Source: Callorhinchus milii
Taxonomy: Eukaryota
Assembly: GCF_018977255.1 (NCBI RefSeq)
Contig: NW_024704743.1
Location: forward strand, 88,848,001 to 88,912,000
DNA length: 64,000 nucleotides
Reading direction: 5' to 3'
How positions within the stretch are numbered: position 1 is the first letter of the stretch; each line of letters opens with the position of its first letter. This document shows positions 23,001 through 35,000 of the stretch, piece by piece. Both the position numbers and the translations under genes were made by a program. Below the pieces are notes generated by a model, which made no database searches, was not told where the DNA came from, and saw only the letters and a list, made by a program, of their open reading frames with translations.

Positions 23001-26000
23001 TGGAGGAGGGGAGAGCCGTGAGATTTTAGACGTTGACAAGAGCCAAAGAGTATGGCTTCCGTCTTGTCAACGTTCAGCTGAAGGAAATTTGCGCTCATCC
23101 AGCTCCTGAGATCTGACAGGCAGGCTGACAGAACATCAGGGGACTGGGGGTCGCAAAGCAAGGTGGAAAAATAGAAAATAGATTAAATACATAAGAAAGT
23201 AGAAAGTGTGTGGTGCGTTGTGATAATTATCTTGCTAAGAACTAGTTATCACATCGATTTTTAAAGTTGACCCAAGCCGGCATTTCCCCAAACCAGCACT
23301 GAAATGCAGGAACCTGTGCAGCAAAATGAGTGCCTCCAGTCAGCTCAATATGGCGCAAGCCACTATTGAGTGAAACTGCTTGAATGAATTGGGGGGTTAC
23401 CGCTGCATCAGTTATGGAATATGACTACTCCAGTAGCAGTGTTCCCCAATGTGATAATTGTTATCAGTGGTATTATATCACATTACCACAATTTGGACCT
23501 CAAGTATTTTTAAGGACCCAAAGAGGCCATTTGGCCCAACAAGGCCATCAGCTGTTTGATTGATCAAGCCCATGGAGTCTTATAGCTTGTGGAGTCCTGT
23601 AGCTTAGAGCACTCGCCTCGCAAGCGAAAGAACCTGGATTTCATTCCCAGGCAGGGCAAAACATTGGGCAAGTTTCCTTACTCCATATTACCTCTATTTA
23701 CCTAGCAGTAAGAAGGAACCCAGTTGTTAGTCGATTGGCGGATCGCTTTTCTGGGGATAGTAATCCCTTCAAAATAAAATAATAATTTGGTCACTCAATC
23801 CACGACCGTTTGTGGGACCCTGCTGTGTACAGTTGGCTGCCACGTTTTGCCCACATATACTGTCAGTTCATTTTACAGTATATTCTGTGAAGCGCTTTGA
23901 GATGTCTCTAAGATAAGATGCTAAATCAAATGCAAGGGTTATTATTATTATTTACCATTGCACTCTCTTTGCCCTCCAGAAACATCTTCTTGCCTTTTGA
24001 ACCTGTTTACACTGTTTACTTCAGTGCAACCCCCCATAACTATTCTATTAATAAAGCATGTGAAAAATAGTTCTGCCTGATTTCCCTTCCTTGTTGCTTC
24101 AACTCATCCAAGAGTTAAGTGAACAATTTAGCTAGATTAAATGTCTCAAATCTTTCAGAATTTCAAAAAACATTCACTTTAGTTAGGTGAGTCATGTTAC
24201 ATTTCTGACTTGAACCGTACCATCAACTATAGCATTGAATTTGAGCATCTACCTACCGAGAGGGAGGGAGAAGTGAAGTGTGAGTCATCTCAGCATATTC
24301 TCATTCAATGGCAGTGCACAAAGAGGTATTGAGAGAGATTGCCTGTGTTTTCAGATGGTGAATGGTAATGGGAAAAGTGGGAAAAGTGTACAAAAACACA
24401 ACAAAATTAATGATGTGGTAGAAAATATCCAAAAATAATTATTGGTGCACAGTCATATCGATAGAACTTTTTTTCCCTTTCACCTGAAGTCCTAATTGTT
24501 GAATTCTTTTTGAAATCCTAATCCTCATCAAAATAATTAAATCATGATTTAATTATAAAACAGGACTGATTTGCCCACTGCTGAACAAGCAACATTTTAG
24601 AACTCTTCCCTCTGTAATGTTATAGTCAATTCCTTAAAGATTTAATGCAAGTGTATTAAAATATTAATGGATCATAAAACTAATTATAAAATATTCAATG
24701 TTTATTGAAGCATTTGTCAGTTTTTTTGACGCAAAACTGGATGCACCATATATGAAGACTTTCTATTGGGAGTTAGATTGTTACTTATCTGCAATCGATT
24801 TTTGATGAAAGAATCTTTGGTCTATGGATTAAGATTTTAAAGAAATGATTCCAGATACTCTATTGTTGCTCGGTTCTAGCTTGGTTTAGTCGAAAGCATT
24901 TTTGTCTCTTTGTTAGAATGCTGTGGATTCAAACCCCACATTGGTACTTGATTGTATAGTGCCTGCTCACTCTCCAGAGCAGTGTTAGAAAACTGTTACA
25001 TTGCCATCTAAGCGCTTTACAAAATATTGAAAAGAAACATTGTGAAAGTAGTTGTATAAGCAAGCAGCTAACTTGCGGCAGCAATATCCTGTAATAACAA
25101 TGAGATCAGTAGACACTTGATATGAATTTGGGTACATTGCAATGAGATGGTGAATGTAAGCCATTTCTTACTTAGGAGTCCTGTAGCTCAGTGGTTAAGC
25201 ACTCACCTTGCAAACGAGAGACCTGGGTTCGATTTCTGGCAGGGCGAAACCTTGGACAAGTTTCCTTACTCCACATGTCCGATAATAATCCCTCAAGAAA
25301 AAAAAATAATAATAATTTGGTCACTCAATCTGTGACAGTTTGTGGGACACTGCTGTGAGCAATTGGGTATTGCATTTTGCCCACAAATATACAGTAAATT
25401 CACTTAACTCCTCAGCCTCCCTGGGCTCTCCCTCAGACTCAACGAACCACTGTGCAATCTGGGCATCTGGTTCAACCCCCAGCTGTCCTTCGTCAACCAC
25501 ATTCAGTCCCTGACCAGGACCACCTTCTTCTACTTCTGCCAAATTGCTTGACTCCGACTGTACCTTACCCCAAATGCAGTCGAAAACCTCATAATGCGTG
25601 TGTCACCTCCTGCTTGGATTACTCAAACGCACTACTCGCTGATCTGCCCAGCTCCACCATTCAGAAGATCCAGCTCATTCAGAACTCCGCATGCTGACCC
25701 AGACCAAACTCTGTATCCACATCTCACCAGTTCTGGCCAGGCTCCACAGGCTCCCCATCACTGAACGGATTGACTTCAAGATCCTCACACTCGTGTTCAA
25801 ATCCATTCACTCCCTGGTACCTCTCTACCTCTCAGACATCTTCACTAAATCCACGCAATCCACCACCTGACGCCTCCCTTCGACTGGCACTGGCCTCTTG
25901 CTCGCTCTTTGCACCCTCCAACCCACTGCCGGAGGTTGCACTTTCAGCCCCTATGCCCCAAAACTCTGGAACACTCTCCCTCAATCCCTCAGCTGTGCCC

Positions 26001-29000
26001 CTTTTCTCCCCCTTTTCAAGTCCCGCCTGAAAACCTTCCTCTTCGACCGTGCTTAACGGCCACCTCCACACACCCCTGCCCCCCCCCCCCCCCACCCACC
26101 GGCTCAGTGTCAGGCTCCACCACAGTTATAGGCTGCTTTATAAGTGCAAGTTGTTGTTTATAGTATATTCTGTGAAGCACTTTGAGAAGTCTAGAAGATG
26201 TGAAAAGCGCAAGGATTATTATTATTTCTTTAAAAAAGGATCTTTTTATGCTTACTTGAATCACAAGGTAAATTGGACTGAAAATTAATAATACAATGAA
26301 AGAATGGGATGATGATCTGAAAATAAATAACAAAATTTCTATTTATAATATTGAATGTTGGCAAAACTCACCAGCTAATATGTGCCAACAATATCTCACA
26401 AGCAATGAGTAAAGTTGAGGAAGAAGTCAAAAGAATAACACAAAAGAGAATAAGGAAAAAGAAAAACGAGTAAAATTGGAGAACAACAAGAACTTGCATT
26501 TATGTAGCGTCTCAGAGTGCTTGACAGTGGTGGAGCATGACAGAGAAAGGTAAAAGATGGGAGATGAGGATCTCAGGTTTAGGGTGGTCACCAAAAAAAC
26601 ATGTGAATGGGGTTAGAGGCTGAGATCATTCACAGCCCCGTTGGAGCTTCTGTTTTTATTTGTGGCTCTTTCGATGGTTGTCCCTCAGGCTGAATCCTAT
26701 GTGTAAAGGGAAAATTCTCCAACCTCTCCTCTTGCTCCTACAAACTTCCCTCAAATGGTGCGTATTTAGCTACTGCTGCTAGCTCCAATCTGCTACTACT
26801 CCAATCTCTCCCCTTGCTCCTCCAAACTTCCCTCAAATGGTGCGTATTTAGCTACTGCTGCTAAAAGGCAATTTTAGAAAATGGAAGTGTCCTGCTGCTA
26901 CACCAAAGGGTCTGTTCTGAAGTTTGCTGCTAAGATGTGTTGTCAGGACAACACAGAGCTTTGTATTACATCTCAATCTGAAATTGAATGGCTATAAGCA
27001 TTCTTAGCATGAAACATGGGACATGTGGGAAATAATTAATATTATACACTCGGAGAATGCTATTCTCTAGATAATTTGTACTAATTTTGCAGGTTTAGCT
27101 TGCTGAACTATAAAATTCCTAACCTGGAAGTGGCAGTGTTTGATATTTTGAAACTAAAAATCTTATATTTGCTCTCACAATCACTGGCAGCGATGGACAC
27201 AGATATGTTAGGTTCTAAGGCGAAGCGAACAAGATAAAATGCTCAAGAGATACACAGATATGATTGATGCAGAAGTAGTTGAAATGCAGGAATGGTTGAA
27301 AGTTAAAGTTGAATAATTAGTTAGCAATTATTAAATACAACAAGAGTGCATCAAAATATTATGGTGAATACAATAGTGAAAATAATTTTGTCAACTTAAA
27401 TAGTTTAAAAATTGTTAATGTAAGTAGGTCAATGGATGAATTTGGAATTCTAATATTCATTCCATGTGTTATTTTTCTAGCTTGCTCAGATTCTACCAAC
27501 AGAAGAGAACTTCTTCTTATTCTTTCGGCAACAATTAAAGTCCAGTGCAGAGTTCATGGAGGTATCTTCCTTTATTGTTTGCTTTGCCAATAATTTAAAT
27601 ACTTCTGAAAAAGAATATTGAATTTTCAGGTTTGTTATGGATCAAGTTTTAAAAGTCCTTAAATGAATGGGTTCCTTTTGCATGATTTATGTTGCATTAT
27701 TCATGGTGTTTCTACTTCTACTCCATGCCACAATATGTTAGCGTGTTATCTGAGGTGCCTAAGACTTTCCTTGTAAAATCACCTTTAGATCACATCTAGT
27801 ATCCTTTGTGTATTTTACACTTTAGCTTTTTGTGCTGTTGACATGGAAAACTATTGAATGGGGTAATGGATGTTAAAAATGATGATGCAGGAAAAGCATC
27901 AAACGTTGCATAAATTCTGATAAATATAAGTCATATCTCCATAGAAGTCACCAGTATTAGCCCACTTGAAACATGCATGAAGGTGCTACTTATACACGAG
28001 AATTTAGAGTGAATCTGGCATAAATTGAACAACATTGTTCTTTTCACACTGTACTGATTGATATGAGTTACTGTATCTTCTGGCTGTAGAAAATGCATGT
28101 AGGTAAATTATTCTCCCAACTTTCTACGTCTATGGATTTTTGAAATCTTATCAAGGCAGCTACCTTCAATATAGTATTGATGACCACCAAACATTCAGTA
28201 ATATAGCATGTCACAGAACACAACTTGATTTCAGCACACTGAGACACTATCCTGTGTGAAAAGAACTATATAAATACAAATTGTTGTTGTTGACACAATT
28301 GTCATGGCAGTAACAATTTGTGGTTCATATATTGGAAAACTATAGAAACAATAAATATTTGTATTAACCAATCATCAATATTATTGTAATTCAAATGTAA
28401 AATTGTTTCTTAGTCGCATGAAGAGTTTAAATGGATGTAACCGTTAAATTAATTTGTAAGCAACTGATTCCCAATAAGTAGCTACATGAAGCAAAAAGTA
28501 AATATAAAACATTTTCTTTTTCAGACTTGGCGAATATTTGATGCTGATCATAGTGGCTTCATAGAGGCAGATGAGCTAAAGGTAATACTAGATTATATAT
28601 AGAGGATATTATATACTTATTTGGACTCCATTGAGTATCTTGGTAGATTAATATAATTGTGGGGTGAATTTTCCTCACAATCGTTTGTGTCCTCTCTTCT
28701 GCTGACTGTTTTTAACTCAGTTTCCTTCCAATAAACCCCTGGGTGCTATGTTTCCTTACATACCTCATCCAAGTGACCATTATTCATGCATGAACCTTGA
28801 CAGTAAGTGTTAGTGGGACAATACAATTAAGCTCAATACCTCATCATCATCGAATGTCTAGTGTTTGCACTACCCAGCAGGGGTCAGTAGGTAGCAATGA
28901 AATGTCTCATTTTTATTTCTTACACCTATGCCCTGAAGGCAATTGTCATGCCTTAGTGCTGTTCAACTTAATCAGCTCATTAGTTTAATAACTATACATT

Positions 29001-32000
29001 CTTATTTGATATCGCAGAGACTACACACTCAATACAAGCTCATACATTAGTGTCAAATAACTACTGGACTCTCCAAAATCAGTTCTGAACTGAATTGAAT
29101 AACGACAGGTACTGCTGTAAATGTATTCTCAGTGTACTACGCCAGAGTTGCAGCAGTCTGAGCATATATAAAGCTTAAGATGTATTCTGACCATCGTGTC
29201 TGGAAAGTGTCAGTTACAGAGTTAAATTGATTTGCCTGGCTTAAATTAGCTTCCAGCAACAAGTGGCTGAATTGTTGTTACCATGAGGTATCTGGTTGTC
29301 ACTGTCTGTTCACAGTATTACTAGGCAGAAAAATGCATCTGCTGTTTGTAATATGTTTATGCTGCACTAAACCACAAATTTTTGTCCATTTGTAATCATG
29401 CTTTAATTTAATTTTCCTGATGGGGAAAATCATCGAAGATTTCTTTTTAAACAGTTATTACATCTCCTGGTGCCTTCTGAAGTGTTTGTTTGAGTGTGTT
29501 TCACGTGACAAATACATTTTCTGATGGGTATTTTGTGCACTGTAAAAATCCATGGCATTTTAGATTAAAATCTGATCAGTAGTCGTTTTGCTATGTATGA
29601 TGTTATAGGTACATGAGCAATGACCTCCTACAGCAGTTGATTAGTTTGTGTAAAAATAATGAGAGCGCAGCATTGTTTCACCTTGCTTGGTATGCCGAGG
29701 GCCCAGGTGTAATACATTGGTCATGCTTCTCTTAGTAAGAATACATTCACTCATGCCTTTTCTATGGAATCTGCCAAATTACTGATTACTGGAAAGGGCA
29801 ATCATTTCAATTGAATGGTAATGATGAGATTTTCCATTTTAAACATAAACCAAAAAGGTTGCCATTTTCATGGCAAGTTATATGATAGATTCCCTAAATA
29901 TGCCCCTTTGTTGTGTGATTCATGAAAACATGTTATACAGAGAATGCTGTATACTTTTTTCAAGGTAAACACACCTTGTTTACTGATGTATACTACAGAC
30001 AGCTTTTACCAAAAAGCAGTTTGGTAAATTCAATTCAAATTCACATATACAGATTATCATTAAAAAATTCAAAGCCTCTATCAAATATAATTACAGACAC
30101 AGGGGCAAACTTATTAACTGGATAACTTAAACATCATTTAACTTAAAGCAACATGGTGATGCGATAACACCTGTCAAGCATTTGTAAAAAATAAGAGATT
30201 ATTGGGTTGTTTTTCATAATATGATTAATTCTTCCAGTCACTCCACTTTACAGTGAAGCCCTTTGAGACATCCTCCTGACATGAAAGGCACAATCTCAAA
30301 TAAAAAGATTATTAGTAAATTTTATTGTTTTAAGTTTGTTATATGCATACAAATATTTATTGACTAAAGAGACAAGCATATCCAACAATCAATCAAATTT
30401 ACACATGCAAATTCTGTTTATTTAGAGTGATTTATTTTATTTTACAATATAAAACATGCCATATCATCCAATGCAAAAGCAGGAGTGATTGGGGTGCACC
30501 GACATCTTAAATTTAAAGTATGGACCTAAAGAGAACAGGTGGTGATGCTGTGGTAAGCACAGTTTTTATACTTATTAACACACTGTAATAGAATCACAAA
30601 TATAACTTTGAAGTTTTGCAACAATGGAACATGTCATTTCAGTTCGACTGTTCAATGTATTGTCCAACTATTCAAACTTATGCATATGAATTAGACTTAA
30701 TTACCATCATTCTGAAAATGATAACTCAATATCAGATGGTTTGAAATTAAAATTTATCTTTCAGTCTTAACATCACCTGCATGTTTAAAGCTATTGTATA
30801 CTGCAGTTCTTTCTAGTCATGCCAGACGTTTAAGGCATCACAAGATCAGAGAGGTACTAATAATGAAGCCCCTTCGTCCCATTTGATCTCATCTTTCCCA
30901 TTGTCCACCCTACTATCTCCCTATTACAGCAACTTAAATGAAGCCAACAACATGGCTTCAACCACCCTCACTAGTTCCAGCAATTTAATTGCCTTCTGAG
31001 CAAAGAAATACTTAAAAATTAAGTATCCTAAAAATTCTGAACCTGTGACCTCTTGTCCTACTGCTCTGGCTTATCTGAAAGTAGTATTCTGAGCGTATTA
31101 TCTCAATCCCATTTAGAATCTTATTTACCTATATAAGGTACCCTACCCTCTAGGACATTTCTTTGCAAGACTGAAGAGCCTTATTTTATCAAGTCTTTCT
31201 CAGCTATCCTTCTGAAATGTGGTACACCAGAATTCACATATTCCAGATCGGAGAAGCACTGTGGAAATCTTGGTGTACTGAAGCAAAGGTTTCATCGCTG
31301 CTATAACCTTCTTATAGTGTGGAGACTGGAAGTGCATATAATACTCAAAATGTGGTATAACCAAGGTTTTTTTATAAATTCAACATCACCTCCTCACGTT
31401 TATATTCCAGTAAATAGTAAAACCAGAGGAAACGACCTTTGATTGAAGGGGGGTAAATTCAGAACAAATCTACGCAAACATTATTTCAGTGAGCGAATAG
31501 TGAACCTGTGGAACAGGCTCCCTAGGGAGATGTTTGAAGCAAGAAGCGTTGATTCTTTCAAATACTGATTAGATAGTTTTCTTTTAGGAAATAACATTAG
31601 GGGATATAGTACATAGGTAGTTTGGGACATATGTGCATGCAACCGATGGGAAGGTGGAACACAATCTAGATGGACCTTGGTCTTTTTTTGTCCAGCATTT
31701 CTTATGTTCTTATAAAAAGCCCAAGACCCCATTGGCCATTTTTATGCCCTTATGTATCTGTTTGTAAGCTCTAAGAGATGCCATCTGGCATGAAAGGTGC
31801 TATATAAATGCAAGTTGTTGTTGTCTACTTTTAGAGATTTGTGGAGCTGAGTCCCTAGATCTCTTTGCTCCTCTACTCTCCTTAAGTTCCTACCATCTAT
31901 CTATTGATGACTTCATTATTTTTCCTGCTGAATTGAATTGCCTCATATTTTTCTACCTTAAATTTCATTTGTCATCTGTCTGCCCATTCCCCTAGCCTGT

Positions 32001-35000
32001 TTATGTCTTCTTGCATTCTTCTGCAATTCCCTTCCCTGTTTACCATACCCCTAGTTTGTTGTCAGCCGCAAATTTTGACACCGCACCTCCTTGGAATCCA
32101 CGAGTTTCATGCATCAATGTGCATTACACTACACTTCAGCACATTAAAATCTGTCTACTCTTTCTCAGCCACTCATAGTATTTCTCCTAGTTCCTTTAAA
32201 TCCTACCAATCTATACTCATCATTGCCAGCTTGGGTGCCAGCCAATGTTATTAAGTGCTTTGGGACATCCTCCCAATGTGAAAAGCGCTATATAAATGTA
32301 ATTTGTATTGTAGCCAAAACACACAACTTGGTGCTACCCAAAAATTGTAGAAGTATTTTTCTTTAGCTCATTTCTGAGTAATGTGACCACAGTGCAGTCA
32401 GAACGACACACGCCTGCACTGGCCACATTTCTGCAGAGAGAGCTATTTCGTTTGTTATTGTCTTCTGCTTCCGACTGCTGAACCATTTTTGCTCTATTCA
32501 GTTAATACACCATTAATTCCTGAGTGTCATCTTTACGGGATAGCTTGAGTGCTGATTTACATATCCTGAAAGAATTCTGGTAGATTTATAAGACATAACC
32601 TAATTCTTCCAATTTCATGTTTACTACACCTTGTAACTTTCCTGTTTTTTGGATGTAAATTCCGGGCATCCCATAAACATCTTTGCAAGGAAGATTTTTT
32701 TCTCACTTTTTTATATGTGCATAATTCACAGATCCACCCTTTACTCCAATTTTGAACAGCGGTGTAATAATCAGCAGAACTCAAAGTTTACATGTACAGT
32801 TCTGCATTTCTTCTAGACCCTAAAAATAGCTTCATCTAACTCCCTGAAATTTTAGATGTATTCCTGCTGTGTAGATATTCAATCCTTTAATATAACATAA
32901 TAAACTATGCATTCTTTAGTCAGTTTAATTGAGTTTGGAACTTGTCCAAAGTTGTCATATTTGAAGATTGATAGTGATGAGTTAATATAGCACATTTCTT
33001 ATTCAAAGACTCCCTTGGTATTTTGACTGATTTCCAGCAGTCCGTCTGTTCCATACATAAAACACTTTCTTGATGTCTATGATGTGGCTTTTTGCTTTCC
33101 CATTGTACCCGATTCTCATCTCAGTAGCTTTTATCTGACTTCCAGTCACAATTAATTTGTAACTTTTATGTTTTACATCAGGGTGGTCCAACTACCGGCC
33201 CATGGGCCTCATCAGGCCTGTGGGCCAAGATCATCCGCGCCCACCACACCCCCCCTCCATTTCATCTGGCCCACCAGTTCCCTCCATAAAAAGTTATGTT
33301 TCTGCAGCCAAAAGGGAGGACCCACCCTGTTTTACATAATTTGTCTTAACCTTAAGGATTTTCATGACATCATAATTTGACCAGTCAAGACTTGGGGGTT
33401 TATTCTGTAGCTTTTCATTAAAAATGTACTGTATTTAAATATGCTTTTCTAATGCTGCTCCCATCGTGTAAATTTCTGTTAGTTTGTGCTTTGGATTTTG
33501 AAATTTGAAGGGGCTTCATTATCAGTACCTCTCTGATCTTGTGATGCCTTAAACGCCTGGTACGATTAGAAAGAACTGCAGTATACAATAGGTTTAAATG
33601 TGATATGAAATTTACCTGCAGCAATCACTTGAACTCAGTTTTCTCTCATTCTCAAATTAAGAATTATTTTTGCTGGATAATTAAAACCTTAATCTAATAC
33701 CTGTCCTAGAATTCTTCTGAAATTGTTTGGCTAAGAGGCAGTAAGAAAAGCATTAAATAGTAACATTGGTTTAGACTGCCTCACATTTTGCTGGAGATAT
33801 CTGGACTTGAATCCAACCAGACTAATGAGTTGAAATTCTCATTCTGATAGCTATAATTGTTTTAGATGAAATAGATTTTGGTCATTTTAACTCAAGTGTA
33901 AGCCAAAAGCACAAGTTTGTCTTTACAGATAAATGAGGTATACATTATAGATGTGAATAGAAACTGCCAAAGGGTATTGAAAAAGACCTAAGATTGTTTG
34001 TTCATTCTTTGCTTATCATGTTAAAACAGTGTGAGATAGCAAAAAATATATAAGTAAATAATCCCTGCATTTGATGTAGTGCCTTTCTCGTTGGTAGGAT
34101 ATCTCCAAACGCTTCATGGGATATACTATAAAGTGCAATGACTGTATGTTTGTAGACTTACACAATAACCAATTTATGTGCAGCAATGTCCCACAAGCCA
34201 TGAAGTAAATGACTATTCAGGGTGGCAGGGGAAATTGTTGGCCTAGATAACAAAAGAAATTCCTCTTTTCAAACAGTGCCATGGGATCTTTAATGTCAAC
34301 CAAACAGGCAAACAGGTTCTCGCTTTAATGAGTGAAGGCACCTCCGACAAGGCAGCACACCTCCAGCAATGCATTGGAGTGTCCGCCTAGATTGTGAGTT
34401 TGAAGTCCCAATGTGGGGCTTGAACGCCCAAGGTAAATAGTGAGCTGGGCTACATCAGTTGAGTTCACATCCCCAGAATTCATGTCCAAGTTGTACAGTG
34501 TTCTGCACATGGAGTAATGTGTACAGTTTTGGTCACAACGAAGTAGAGGGGGTGGCTGAGGCAGTGGCAGTCATAGGAGAGCAACAAGGATGATGCCTAG
34601 TGTTAGAGGAATGAGCTATGAACAATAATTAGATAAGCAGCTTTGACAAAAGGTATCTCAGTTGCGGCTCTGTAGGATTATATAAAATGCTGAATGGGAT
34701 TGAGAATGTAAAGCCAATGCAAACATTTAAGATGTACAAAGGCAGCAGGTTAAGTGGTACACACATTGAAGACTGTGAAGGGCAATTTCAGGTGAAGCAC
34801 CAAAGAGTATTTATTCAGAGAAATGGAAACCATTGATTCCGGTCACAGTAGTATGTGCTCTGTGAATCAAGAACTAATATCTTTTGTTAAGAGGAGTTCA
34901 CAATACAATACAAAATTACATTTGTAAAGGCCTTTCATGTTGGGAGGGCGTCCCAAGGTGCTGGACAGTCAGGGATTGGGACCCAAGCATGAGGGTGGGT

